28,795 nucleotides of DNA from the IMG/VR virus record IMGVR_UViG_3300031949_000137, positions 1-28,795 of that record; one strand, given 5' to 3'. The notes under the pieces are model-generated. The model was given only the letters and a program-made list of their open reading frames with translations, was not told where the DNA came from and ran no database searches. The stretch comes from a virus. Taxonomy: Duplodnaviria; Caudoviricetes. The translations under genes were made by a program, and so were the position numbers. How positions within the stretch are numbered: the first letter of the stretch is position 1; the number at the start of each line of letters is the position of its first letter. Below, piece by piece: positions 1 through 10,118 of this stretch.

Positions 1-3000
1 GACGTCATCCGGGACAACGAGTTTGTACCGGATGGACCCATCGTTCAGCGTGAAATCACCATCATTGTTGAGCACATCTTCGGGACGGTTGAGGGCGGAG
101 ACATACTCCTGGACAGGGTAGGGACCTCGAACTTCAAACGACTGCGTTTCCGGAACAAGTGGGGTACCTTCATTCAAGAGTGTAAAGGCAATGAGGTTTG
201 GATCCGTCAGGAAGTCTGGGTCGATCTTCGGAGGGATCCCGGTAGAACTGCTCTTGTAGCTCGTGTGACTGTGAGCGATAGAGGACCGAAGATGCTCGGG
301 CGAGGCCATCACGTTCCACTGATTCAAGACCTGATGCGGAGGAACAATCCGCAATTCGTTCAAGGCCCGGGTAATGCCGTACCGGACGAAGTCCCACGAG
401 GACTGCGAAAGGTCCGTAGGCTCGAAAGAACCGAAAGCGATACCCGCGATGCCCCCAGTCAGGGTGTGGACCACACCAGCCGCAGAGATCGGGAGATCCA
501 GAGTGTTGTAGTCCGTGGTGATGATGGGCGTGGGATCCGAATCGATGAGGACATTCACATCGCCCGTCGGACTCTTCAAGATCCTGTACTTGTGCTGGAT
601 GGTCCAGTCTGTCTCCTTGACGATCCGGTAGCTCACTTCAGAAGGAGAAACTGGCCAGGACCCAACAATGGTGAGAGAGGTAGGCCCAGACACACCCGCG
701 ATCTCGTAGACTCCCTTGTTGGACCCAGCGTCCACAACCAAGAGATCCCCGATGACTACGCCATCAGCTAGGTAATCTCCTTCGGAGTCACCGAGGGCAT
801 TTCCTGTCACGAGAGCGCCCTTCCCAGAGACTTTCAAGGGGAGGTGGTAGCCCACGAGACTATCCGGGTCGGTGCCCTTCCAGAGCCCCACGAAGTGCCT
901 CTGGTCGTCGAGAACTCTCCAGATGTTGCAGTAGCTCCACGCGACCTCCGAGAGAGCACCCGCACTAGCCGGCGTCGAAGAACCGAAGGAAATTTGTCCG
1001 GTGGGGGATGGAGGTGGTGTGCTGAAAGAGCTGTAAGCCAGGGCACCGACGAAAGCGCCATCCACGAAAAGGCTCACCAAATTCCCTGCCGTATTCTTCA
1101 CCGCTCGATAGGTGTGGAATGCCCCATCATTCCAATCGAACATGAACCTGGACGTTGGACCTAGATCTGCGCCATCCGAAGTGAAGGCGACGTACTTGAT
1201 TCCGAGGATCTCAACGAGCATCACCCCCACAGCTCGGGTGCTGTCGAACGCCTGGGCGAAGACACCGGCAAATCCAGCTCCATCTACCGTGTAAGAGATG
1301 ACCTTGGAGCGGAACTCCAGGATGTAGTCTGTCCCAGCCAGGATAATACGATCCGGGTCTGTCGTCAGAGGAGGCGCCGTGTCATTGATGAAGTAGACAC
1401 GACCGTCTCCAATGGACGTGTCTATGATTCTCAAAACCCGGCCAACCATGCCGGCAGTGGCCGTCCCTATCGAAGACCAAACGTACGGAGAGAAGTCTCC
1501 CGGGAGGGACCGACCACCATAGCTCTTTTTCGGGGTGGGCTTGTCTGGGAAGAAGCAGAGCTGAAGCAGGAGATCCCCGTTGTCGATGGCAGCCATGAGG
1601 CCATCTGGAGTGACTCCGAACGTGTGGGTCCGAAGATCCAGACCCACGTCGAGCACCACTTCGGAGGCCGCTGTCAGCAAGGGCTCCAAACGAACGAACC
1701 CGCGAAAGTCTGATCCCACCAAACCTACGACGCTCGGATCAACATCCGTAGCGCTTGTCGAATCGAGAAGAAGGAAGTCCGTCGAAATGATCGTCTCAGT
1801 CCCGTGGAAGCCTACCGGAGTCCAAGGCTTCGTATCCAGCTCGGGGACGACGTTAGCTTCGTAGGAGGTGAACGAGGATGGAGCTGTCTGCTGAGGGTTG
1901 AGCGGGAGGGAGAGGTACCGCACAAAGTCCCATTTCGAAGTGCTCTCGGCCGGCCTGGAGATCGACCCAAAGAAGACATCCTGGATTTCATCCAGGGGAG
2001 CGTTCAGTTCTTCAAGGAAAGGGAGATCATCCGGCAGAATCTTCGCAATCTCCGTGACCTCACCATCAATGTAGAGCCGGACGACACCTGCGGGATCCCT
2101 GAACAACCGATACGAGTGTAGAGCCGACCAGTCGAAGTCCACCGGCTGATACGTGGAAGACCCAAAAGCATCGAAGTTCCCCACCCAAGAGGAGAGAACC
2201 GACGGGTCATCGGTGGACCCTCGCAGGAGGAAGCCGATCTTCTTGACTCCACTATCTTCCAGGAAGCCAACGATGACGGAGAGTAGTTCGTCGGAGTACC
2301 CGGCAGCGATGCCAGTGAAAACACCATCGTAGGTGGTGACCGTCGGTACTTCGACCCGCCAAGCCATAGCGAAGACATGCGGGAAACTGAGGTCCACACC
2401 ACGGACCCAGAAGATGCCCTGGCCGGTCGGGAAAATGCCAGTGGAGTTATCCTGGACCGTGAGCACGCCAGCCGACACGGAGGCAAGCCCTGCCCCCTTC
2501 CGGATCCAGGGAGCCAAAGTGTTGCTCTCCGGAAGAGCTAGAGACTCATACCGGATGAACTGCTCTGAAAGCTGCCGCTGCATCGGAGGATAGGCAATCC
2601 GATGTATTGGGGTATTCAGAACCAGGAGATTGGGGTCATTCAGAACAGGCGTGTAGGCCCGTTCGTAAGCTCGGTAGTGCAGCTCTCGTAAGAGAGGTTG
2701 GTCGAGCACTGCCTGCATGTCATCCGCTACATAGGACTCCGGTTTGACCAGCGTGTTGTTGTAGCGGTATTTGTGCTGGGATCCGTCGATAGGATAACCG
2801 ACATCCCGATTCCAGGAGTTCAACCGGAATTCCCGGCTGTTCAAGCGTCGGACATCGACGACTGGGTTGCAGATCCAGCTATAATCAACCTTCACGTCAT
2901 CGGTCGGACCAGGAGCGGCATTCAGAACGATTTGACCGAGAAGCCCAATGACGGCGTCCGGAGTCACTGGAATACTGTTGATCAGAACAACCACATCCAC

Positions 3001-4203
3001 AGGGTCATCAGCGATCTGGCCATTCCGTGGGTCAATCAATTCCCAGGAGAGAAATCCACTGCTCGGATCAGGCAGGGTGAAGCTGGCCTGAAGCGTGGCC
3101 TGGGTACCAGATAGGACCGCTAGGATACGGAAAGTGCCTCCGTTGATGACCCCTCCGCTCAGGGTGATGTAGAGGCCCACATGATTCGATGTGAGAGCTG
3201 CTCCGGGAAGGCTCACGTCCGTGAAATTGCCGATGGTGGCAAGCGTGCCAGATTGAACCGTGAGAGAAGGCTTGGCAATCGGCCCTCTATCCGTGTAGAT
3301 ACTCCGAGGAGTCAGTGGGGAGAACCCAGAAAAGATGGCCTGGTTGAACGTGGGATCAATCGGGTTGCCTGCGATATCCTTCGGAGTGCCAGTAGCATTC
3401 ACCGTCAGTGTGTACGAGCCCTCACCCATCCCTCGGGTGTAGATGGCCACACGTGAGACATCGACCGAGGTCACCCGGGTCACATCGACTTCGGTAGGTC
3501 CGGTGATGTCGTACTCCAGGATGCTCGTCAGCGCAGAATCACTCCGCATCGGCTCCCCGAAGTCGGCAATCACCACGCCTTCTTCCGTGACCTCAACTGT
3601 AGGATCCAGCTTTGGCTTAGCTGCATTTGAGACGAAAGAAATGTCCAGCGGATAAGGATTCAGAAGTTTATCCAAGAGATTCCGAATCCGGACTTGATAA
3701 GTCAGACCTTGAGTCGTCTTGGCTGTCCGAACGGTAACTCCGATAATCCCCCCGAAGTGCCTCCACGGAATAGGTCCGTCAGATGCAGAGAAGTGGACAT
3801 TCAGGTCTACAGTGCGATCATCAACAACACCCACAATCTGAGCAGCGTCAGGACCACCTTGACCAGACAGATCCAGGTACCTTCCCACGTCCTCGGCGGC
3901 GAACTCCCCAAAAGTCGGAACGAGGAATCTCCTGGAGAGACCAACAGAAGTGAACTCGATAACTTCACCATCGGTTCCGCTCCCAATGAGAGGGGACGAG
4001 GCTTCAATTGATATGATGTCTACTCTTGTGCCGTCTGGCGCAATGACCTCGAAGTTAGAGAAATCCGTGATGCCGGCCCGAGAAAGCTCTGAAGAAAACA
4101 CAATCTGGATCGTGGACCCATCAACAGGGACCACGTGACTACCTACTCCTTGGAGAAGGCTCACAGTTTCCGAGACAGTGACGTTTTCGTTCAGATCAGG
4201 CAT
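1..4203 (-). CDS. Large putative tail fibre / receptor-binding structural protein (>1400 aa, 3'-truncated at window edge) with ConA/LamG-like repeats
   Basis: I translated it by hand: ATG at 4203-4201 (MPDLNENVTVSETVSLLQGVG...), one base after the upstream TGA, with no in-frame stop down to base 1 (...GSIRYKLVVPDDV). It is presumably missing from the ORF track because it has no stop in the window. It has three copies of a DW..H.YR....G.V.L.ID...FGS...S.W motif set and lies downstream of the J/I/collar-like genes. Confidence 0.85.
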   Translation of the reverse strand, partial: MPDLNENVTVSETVSLLQGVGSHVVPVDGSTIQIVFSSELSRAGITDFSNFEVIAPDGTRVDIISIEASSPLIGSGTDGEVIEFTSVGLSRRFLVPTFGEFAAEDVGRYLDLSGQGGPDAAQIVGVVDDRTVDLNVHFSASDGPIPWRHFGGIIGVTVRTAKTTQGLTYQVRIRNLLDKLLNPYPLDISFVSNAAKPKLDPTVEVTEEGVVIADFGEPMRSDSALTSILEYDITGPTEVDVTRVTSVDVSRVAIYTRGMGEGSYTLTVNATGTPKDIAGNPIDPTFNQAIFSGFSPLTPRSIYTDRGPIAKPSLTVQSGTLATIGNFTDVSLPGAALTSNHVGLYITLSGGVINGGTFRILAVLSGTQATLQASFTLPDPSSGFLSWELIDPRNGQIADDPVDVVVLINSIPVTPDAVIGLLGQIVLNAAPGPTDDVKVDYSWICNPVVDVRRLNSREFRLNSWNRDVGYPIDGSQHKYRYNNTLVKPESYVADDMQAVLDQPLLRELHYRAYERAYTPVLNDPNLLVLNTPIHRIAYPPMQRQLSEQFIRYESLALPESNTLAPWIRKGAGLASVSAGVLTVQDNSTGIFPTGQGIFWVRGVDLSFPHVFAMAWRVEVPTVTTYDGVFTGIAAGYSDELLSVIVGFLEDSGVKKIGFLLRGSTDDPSVLSSWVGNFDAFGSSTYQPVDFDWSALHSYRLFRDPAGVVRLYIDGEVTEIAKILPDDLPFLEELNAPLDEIQDVFFGSISRPAESTSKWDFVRYLSLPLNPQQTAPSSFTSYEANVVPELDTKPWTPVGFHGTETIISTDFLLLDSTSATDVDPSVVGLVGSDFRGFVRLEPLLTAASEVVLDVGLDLRTHTFGVTPDGLMAAIDNGDLLLQLCFFPDKPTPKKSYGGRSLPGDFSPYVWSSIGTATAGMVGRVLRIIDTSIGDGRVYFINDTAPPLTTDPDRIILAGTDYILEFRSKVISYTVDGAGFAGVFAQAFDSTRAVGVMLVEILGIKYVAFTSDGADLGPTSRFMFDWNDGAFHTYRAVKNTAGNLVSLFVDGAFVGALAYSSFSTPPPSPTGQISFGSSTPASAGALSEVAWSYCNIWRVLDDQRHFVGLWKGTDPDSLVGYHLPLKVSGKGALVTGNALGDSEGDYLADGVVIGDLLVVDAGSNKGVYEIAGVSGPTSLTIVGSWPVSPSEVSYRIVKETDWTIQHKYRILKSPTGDVNVLIDSDPTPIITTDYNTLDLPISAAGVVHTLTGGIAGIAFGSFEPTDLSQSSWDFVRYGITRALNELRIVPPHQVLNQWNVMASPEHLRSSIAHSHTSYKSSSTGIPPKIDPDFLTDPNLIAFTLLNEGTPLVPETQSFEVRGPYPVQEYVSALNRPEDVLNNDGDFTLNDGSIRYKLVVPDDV

Positions 4204-4204
4204 A

Positions 4205-4711
4205 TCAACCGAGTGTGATAGTGAAGCTCACAGAAAGGGTGTCATTTGTGATCATGACTCGTGGAGTAAATTGGTTCTCATGGTTCATCACGCCTGCGGC
4301 TGCGGAATCAAAGAGAGCTGTCTTCTGGACGCCTTGAGAGACCCCTGTGTAGGTGAAAACTTTCGTGATGACTGTGATGTTTGAAGCTCCAGTCGGCAAA
4401 GTAACAGTACCTTGAATCCGACCTAAGCCATCCAACGTCAACTCTCCAATCAGAGAGGTGTCCCCTGCTGCGGGTGCTGTAGCATCGTTGGTCAACCCTA
4501 TGTAGTTGAACCCATTAGCCCGAGCTGCTGTACCGTAGCAAAAAGTGTGGAGCTGAACCCTGCCTGCATCTAAGACAAGGTTGTACGTCTCCTCATCTTC
4601 ATCCACTTGTTTGTAGAGCCATAAACCGCGACGCTCATCGTAGTCGTAAGCTCGTTCGTGGTGGACTCTAACCTTGGCTCTGGCATGGATTGGTGCAAGA
4701 ATGATGTGCAT
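4205..4711 (-). CDS. Tail-collar / fibre-attachment-like protein (168 aa; resembles the DUF3751 / P2 gpH N-terminal type domain)
   Basis: Pattern NLVLDAG...YIGLTNDATAPAAGDTSLIGE...R...ALFDSAAAGVM...DTLSVSFTITL, located directly after the gpI-like gene. Confidence 0.6.
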   Translation of the reverse strand: MHIILAPIHARAKVRVHHERAYDYDERRGLWLYKQVDEDEETYNLVLDAGRVQLHTFCYGTAARANGFNYIGLTNDATAPAAGDTSLIGELTLDGLGRIQGTVTLPTGASNITVITKVFTYTGVSQGVQKTALFDSAAAGVMNHENQFTPRVMITNDTLSVSFTITLG

Positions 4712-4719
4712 AGTGCTTC

Positions 4720-5529
4720 CTAGAAGTCCGCCGAGTGGTCTTCATCAACCACTGATTGGTTGACTTTGTGGCCGAGGCGATCCCGGTCCCGAATGCCTCC
4801 GCAGTAGATGCGGAATTCCTCGTAGTAGTAGGAGGCCATTCGCCACCGCATGGCATCCAAGACCTTGTTCTCTGGCTGATTGGGTTGGTAGGTGTCCGTG
4901 AAGATGTACCTGATGCGGTAGAGAGTGTGGGCTGGGCGAACCAGATCGATGATGATCCGAAGCGCGGCATCGATGTCGAATAGGTCTGGTGGGAACGTGT
5001 TGGTAGTCAGGATGTTGACCTGGAAACCAAACTGGTCCGAGATGTCCAGCCCCGAGGCCCCTGCACGAACGAGCAGGAAGTTCTCCCAGACCTGGAAGTC
5101 CAAAGAGATGAACAGAGCCACAACATCTCTGATGGAAGCTGGTATGGACCCCTGGAAGTAGATTTTGATAAGACTGAGGAAGAAACGGCGAAACTCCTCG
5201 TCATCATAGTCCAGGGGAGGAATACGGCCATTCAGGAACAGGAGATACCCGACGATGGACTGGAGGAATTCACTACGTGTGTGTTCGAAGCTCCGGTCAG
5301 TATCGACGTCTTCGAGAGCGATCTCAATCTTAGCCAGCTCGACAGCGATTGCTTTCAGTTCGGTCGTGTAGTTCGGACCCTGGATGGCCGAGATATAGTT
5401 CGAGGGGAGTAGGTTCAGAAGGTTCGTGAAGATGGTCTGAGCCCGCTGGAGGATGCGGAGGTTGTACTCCTTCCCCTTCCTCTCGATAGAGAAGTTCAGC
5501 CGATTGGGGTCAACAACGAACCTGGCCAT
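4720..5529 (-). CDS. Baseplate wedge protein, P2 gpI / Mu gp48-like (269 aa)
   Basis: Motifs LLNLLPSNY, DDEEFRRFF...YFQGSIPASIRD and IIDLVRPAHT (typical P-A-H motif). Start overlaps the J-like stop (TGATG at 5529). Confidence 0.7.
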   Translation of the reverse strand: MARFVVDPNRLNFSIERKGKEYNLRILQRAQTIFTNLLNLLPSNYISAIQGPNYTTELKAIAVELAKIEIALEDVDTDRSFEHTRSEFLQSIVGYLLFLNGRIPPLDYDDEEFRRFFLSLIKIYFQGSIPASIRDVVALFISLDFQVWENFLLVRAGASGLDISDQFGFQVNILTTNTFPPDLFDIDAALRIIIDLVRPAHTLYRIRYIFTDTYQPNQPENKVLDAMRWRMASYYYEEFRIYCGGIRDRDRLGHKVNQSVVDEDHSADF

Positions 5530-8500
5530 CAGGTAGCATTTCTGAACGTGAGGGTGAGGTCACCGAGGTCGATGAATTCAACCGCCGAGGCGGAGATGTC
5601 GTGGGGTCCGATGTCCCCTTGAACAACGTAGCTGACAGCATACTCGTGGTTCTCTGGGTCGTCTGGAGGTAAACCTGCACCGGAGAGAGCCACTACGATG
5701 TGGTTGGCCGTTCGACGAAGACGTTCCTCCTCGATGGCCGAAGCCGTCAAGAAGCCCTCCGAGATGAGAGTAGCATCGTCCGAATAGCCGTTGATGACGG
5801 CTCCATCTGAACCAATGATGTACGCCTGGTTGGCTGTGTTTGCGACCTGGGCCAGAGTGTCTGCGAGAGACATTGGCTCATCATCCTGGAACACACCCTT
5901 GTGTTCGGTCTTCAGACCACCACCATCCGTGGTCGGGTTCTGAAGAGCACTCGTCAGGATGAACGCCTGTTGACCACCGATGTCCAAGGAAGGCACCTGC
6001 AAGTACGTGGAAGAAGCTCTCTCCCGGATCTTCCTGGACCCATCTTGATAGCCCATCTTGGCCAACGGGAGCACCTGGAAGTCCACACCATCCGTCGAAT
6101 CGATTGCGTTGATGATATCGGATTGGGCAGATCCTTGACCGATGAGCTTCTGATTCAGCTCCAGACTCACCCCCGTACGGACTGCCGGATCTGTCTTGTC
6201 CTTCGTGGCTCCAGACTTGAGCTGGACCGTGGTCTCAATCGCGATGGAGTTCTGAATCGATTGCTTGACCAGCACATCCGCCGTGATGTGCCGCTTGTTG
6301 TTGACTGTCTGCTGGAGTTCCTGAAGAAGGTCGTTGATCACGTAGGTGACCGTGAAGTTCTCATCGTGGTCGTAATCCACAGATACGGTCTGTCCGCTCA
6401 GAATGTCCGAAGGGTTTACACGGACAATCTTGGCTGGAGTGGTTGGTGTGCCAGCCACAATGTCGAAATCCGGAGAAGCTGAACCAGGACCCTCGAACTC
6501 AATTGTTCTGTCCTGATTGAACACCCTAATGGTCGCCAGATTGATCCCGATAGAATCCAGAGGCTCCTCGAAGAAACCGATCACCACGTGCTGCTCGTCG
6601 TTGATTCCGATACTGGATCCGTTTGGGATGCCGCCGATCTGATTGATTACCAGATGATCCTGGGCGATAGTGGACTCACCATTCATCAATGGGTCTTCGG
6701 TTTTGTAGAGGTCGTAGCCGTCCAGCGTCAAAGCCCCAGAAATCTCGCCAATGACCGAAATGACCCGACGCACGGGTTGGAGCGTGAAGACGAACTCGTT
6801 GATGGACCGGAAACGGTAGTCGGCCGTGATGATGTCGTCGATGGCCGTGAGAGGCTGTGGAATACCCGTATTGATCTGGAACGTGTTGTAGCTCAAGACG
6901 GCCACGCCCAAGAGGTCGTAGTCCATCCCCAAGGTAACGTTCCGCACCCCTAAACCCTGGATGGGATTGTTCAGGATTTCGATGACGGGTGTATCTGGAG
7001 TCACCCTGGAATCAAGCACCCGGAAGATGAGATTCGTCAGATCGATGATCTCGCAACGGATGTCTCTGGCGATATCAAAAGTGAACGCAAACTTCTCCGA
7101 GGTCGTCCGCTCCCGGAGACCTTGAATGAAGATATCCACCTTGCCACCGATGTGTTTGTGGCGGACATCGTCGTAGTCCCGCATCATCAATGGGTCGCCG
7201 CTCTTGATGATCTTGGCCTTGATGACCCCGATCTGCTCGGCCGAGGTCGAAGCGTATCCTCCCTCGGTTCCGGTATCGACGCTAACGAAACCGAGCATGG
7301 CTCGGGCCGCAAGATCGGCGTTTGATTCCCGGTTTGTGCCGAAGACCGTGGACTCGGTGTTCGTGACCGAGACACCGCTCACACTCTGGACGTTGACGAT
7401 GGTTCCAGCGGGCCGGTTGCCTGCTTCTCCCACACTGGTGGCTACGATATCGGCGGTGATTTCGTAGCGCTTCGTGTTGAAGTTGAAGAAGGCATCGGCA
7501 TCGGCTACCGGCAAGATAAAGGTGCCACCGACCTGGAAACGCTGAGAAGCGATGTTGTTAGTCGTATCAGCATCCGAGGAGACGATAGCTCCCGTCGGAA
7601 TCGGAATGTCCTGAGTCGGTCGAGACGTCGTGTAGAAGACAACCTGACCTACTGATGGACGGCCGGGCAGCCGCTCCTTGTTGAAGTTCTTGGATAACTT
7701 CTCGAACTGGGTATCAATGAGCTGCTGGACGGCCAAGTCCGACGAGTAGCCACAGGCCGAGCGAAGGGCCTGCTTGTAAGCCGAACTGGCCACAGGGTCG
7801 GAAATCCCATCACCGTTCGTGTCATCGATCTGGAGCAACGTGACGAAGGACTGACTCCGGTGAACGAAATCGATGAGGAACCAGATGCGTTCGGCCTCGC
7901 TGGAGAACGGGTCGATATTGACTTCACGAGTCGTAGATCCTGGGATCAGGCTGATCTCGGAGTTGACCCTCTCAATGGCCGTGACAAAGTCGATGACGAT
8001 CTGGGTCTGCGTTCGACCGGGGAGGTCTCGGACGTTCGTATCGATGATGAGAGGAGAGCCTAAGACCTCCTGGGAGTACGGGGACTCGATCTCTTGGTTG
8101 AGAGTCTTGTTGTAGAAGACGCTCGTGCAAACGTAGTAGAGAGGGTCATTGTTCGATACCGATGTGAATCGATCCGAGTTGATCTGATTCGACCCACCCG
8201 CTCGGTTATGGTTGAAGGTGACGAACGGGTTCAGGTTGTACGGGGTGACGGTGTAGCTGACCCTCAAGTTGGGGGCCAAAAACACGATGTCATACTTGGC
8301 GTCTACCTGTCGTGCGATCTCGTTCCCGAAGACATCCTCCTGAGTGATCTGGATACGGAGGAATCTGTCTACTGGCTCAAACGTCGGAGCTGCTGAGGCA
8401 AACGTGAACGAGTCTTCCTCGAAATCCACGGGAGAAGACAACTTCGTAGCGTTGACCTTGAAGTACCCGGTGGTACCTCCGGCGGACGTGCTGGCATAGA

Positions 8501-8975
8501 CGTTGAAGCCTTGGAAGACCGAATCACCAAAGTCCGTATTCACACCATCCGGCGACAAAGGATTAGGCTGGTAAATCAAGAGGTCGATGGAATCCCGCTT
8601 CCGGTGAAGCTTGATGCCCGTCGGAATCAATGGGGCGATTTGATCTATCTGCTGGATGCGGGTCACGAAGACTGTAGCTGGTGGACTAACCCCACCAACG
8701 ATGTCCACTGCCCGGATCAAAATCGTGTTGAGACCCACCTCCAAAGGTAGACCGTCGGGCATTGAGGTCAGGTTTGGGACCGTGAAGTCCGTGAGGTCCA
8801 AAAAGACCATCGTAGCGTCGGAGGAGTAGGTGGATCCGTTCACCGACACCTGAAGAGCGATGATGTTCGTCTCGATGGTGCCCGTGATGATCACAAACTC
8901 CTGGTTGGTCGTGAATGCCAACTGGGTGGCGAATCCACTACCGTCCCGGAGAGCTATTTGGGGTGTTACGGCCAT
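5529..8975 (-). CDS. Baseplate J-like wedge protein, enlarged (1148 aa)
   Basis: J-family motifs PGSTTRE, GQVVFY...IPIPTGAIV, IVATSVGEAGNRPAGTI, VTNTESTVFGTNRESNADLAAR, GGKVDIFIQG and SDIINAIDSTDGVDF. Confidence 0.85.
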   Translation of the reverse strand: MAVTPQIALRDGSGFATQLAFTTNQEFVIITGTIETNIIALQVSVNGSTYSSDATMVFLDLTDFTVPNLTSMPDGLPLEVGLNTILIRAVDIVGGVSPPATVFVTRIQQIDQIAPLIPTGIKLHRKRDSIDLLIYQPNPLSPDGVNTDFGDSVFQGFNVYASTSAGGTTGYFKVNATKLSSPVDFEEDSFTFASAAPTFEPVDRFLRIQITQEDVFGNEIARQVDAKYDIVFLAPNLRVSYTVTPYNLNPFVTFNHNRAGGSNQINSDRFTSVSNNDPLYYVCTSVFYNKTLNQEIESPYSQEVLGSPLIIDTNVRDLPGRTQTQIVIDFVTAIERVNSEISLIPGSTTREVNIDPFSSEAERIWFLIDFVHRSQSFVTLLQIDDTNGDGISDPVASSAYKQALRSACGYSSDLAVQQLIDTQFEKLSKNFNKERLPGRPSVGQVVFYTTSRPTQDIPIPTGAIVSSDADTTNNIASQRFQVGGTFILPVADADAFFNFNTKRYEITADIVATSVGEAGNRPAGTIVNVQSVSGVSVTNTESTVFGTNRESNADLAARAMLGFVSVDTGTEGGYASTSAEQIGVIKAKIIKSGDPLMMRDYDDVRHKHIGGKVDIFIQGLRERTTSEKFAFTFDIARDIRCEIIDLTNLIFRVLDSRVTPDTPVIEILNNPIQGLGVRNVTLGMDYDLLGVAVLSYNTFQINTGIPQPLTAIDDIITADYRFRSINEFVFTLQPVRRVISVIGEISGALTLDGYDLYKTEDPLMNGESTIAQDHLVINQIGGIPNGSSIGINDEQHVVIGFFEEPLDSIGINLATIRVFNQDRTIEFEGPGSASPDFDIVAGTPTTPAKIVRVNPSDILSGQTVSVDYDHDENFTVTYVINDLLQELQQTVNNKRHITADVLVKQSIQNSIAIETTVQLKSGATKDKTDPAVRTGVSLELNQKLIGQGSAQSDIINAIDSTDGVDFQVLPLAKMGYQDGSRKIRERASSTYLQVPSLDIGGQQAFILTSALQNPTTDGGGLKTEHKGVFQDDEPMSLADTLAQVANTANQAYIIGSDGAVINGYSDDATLISEGFLTASAIEEERLRRTANHIVVALSGAGLPPDDPENHEYAVSYVVQGDIGPHDISASAVEFIDLGDLTLTFRNAT

Positions 8976-8978
8976 GCT

Positions 8979-10118
8979 CTAGCCAACCTGGGTGAAGTTG
9001 TTGAGTGACTGCCTGAACACACCCTGCTGTGAGGTATTGCCCAGCAAGTCCGTAGGCTCTGGCAGACGGATGCCCCTGGAGATGTCCAAGGGCTGCCCAG
9101 AGCGGTTCTGGACGGAGGCATTCACGAAAATCACGGTGGGATCCTGGGTGCTCTGCTCGACTGACACGGAGAGCAGTTGAAAAGGAAACTCTCGGTCCGA
9201 GACAAACTGGCCCACGGCTTCCTCTTGCTGCTTCTTGATGTTCTGCCACCGGCTGAAGGCGGTCGTGATTTCTGAGGAGATGAGGTTCTGGACCAGCCCA
9301 CCTGCCGAAAGTTTCCGGCCGATAGTATCAGTCAAGAGCGTCCCGTACCAGGTCGCGAAAGGGTTCGATCCACGCAGGGTGAACATGATCTTGAGGATCT
9401 CCTGGAGTAGGAGAGCCTCGTCCCGAACCTCAATCGTGTTTCCTTGACGTCCGTAAATCCAGTCGTTCTCGACGCCCAAGCCACCACAGCGACGACACTC
9501 TTGTCGGATAGTTGTGTAGTTCAGCTCGACGTAGTCACTGAATCCCTTGAGGGACTGGTCAAAGACGATTAGTCTCGTTGGTCGATCACTCAGGGTGTTG
9601 GGGTCTCTGACGATGCTCCATCCAGGGATGGACTTGATTCCACGAAAGACCCGGTCTTCCACCAAGCCCAAAACCGACGCCAAGGTGCTTCCTAATTTGA
9701 CATGCAAGAGAGAACGTTTGCCCACACTTCCCGTGCGAAGGCGAATCTTTCCGTTGAGTTCCTCGAATGTCCCCTCGCTGATGGACGAGTTCAGATTTTG
9801 AATGACATCCTTGGTCGGAATCTTTTTACCATCCTGGGCGAGGATGATTTGGTCTGGTCCACCGTCAATGCTGACAATGAGCCTGTCGTTGACGCCTTGA
9901 GTGATTGTGTATGGGCCGGCCTTGGCAGTCACTACCTGTGCAGGGGTCTGAACGCCTACCGAAGGAACGTCGGTCACACCATTGATCCGAACCTGGGTCG
10001 AAACAACGGAAGCGATCGGCCGCAATGGCCGAATGGTCTGGTAGTCCGCGTTGAGGAACAAGGCTTCCTCGACGGCTCGATGCGTGCAGATCTGGTCAAT
10101 TTTACGATCGAAGCTCAT
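8979..10118 (-). CDS. gp25/gpW-like baseplate wedge protein with long N-terminal extension (379 aa)
   Basis: C-terminal LLQEILKIMFTLRGSNPFATWYGTLL...LLSVSVEQSTQDPTVIFVNASVQNRSG matches the gp25/W pattern. Position is directly upstream of the J-like gene. Confidence 0.7.
   Translation of the reverse strand: MSFDRKIDQICTHRAVEEALFLNADYQTIRPLRPIASVVSTQVRINGVTDVPSVGVQTPAQVVTAKAGPYTITQGVNDRLIVSIDGGPDQIILAQDGKKIPTKDVIQNLNSSISEGTFEELNGKIRLRTGSVGKRSLLHVKLGSTLASVLGLVEDRVFRGIKSIPGWSIVRDPNTLSDRPTRLIVFDQSLKGFSDYVELNYTTIRQECRRCGGLGVENDWIYGRQGNTIEVRDEALLLQEILKIMFTLRGSNPFATWYGTLLTDTIGRKLSAGGLVQNLISSEITTAFSRWQNIKKQQEEAVGQFVSDREFPFQLLSVSVEQSTQDPTVIFVNASVQNRSGQPLDISRGIRLPEPTDLLGNTSQQGVFRQSLNNFTQVG

Noticed and set aside
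1-4204. Apparent gene-poor or recoded region in the ORF track
   Set aside because: It is one uninterrupted minus-strand ORF in the standard code that lacks a stop within the window.
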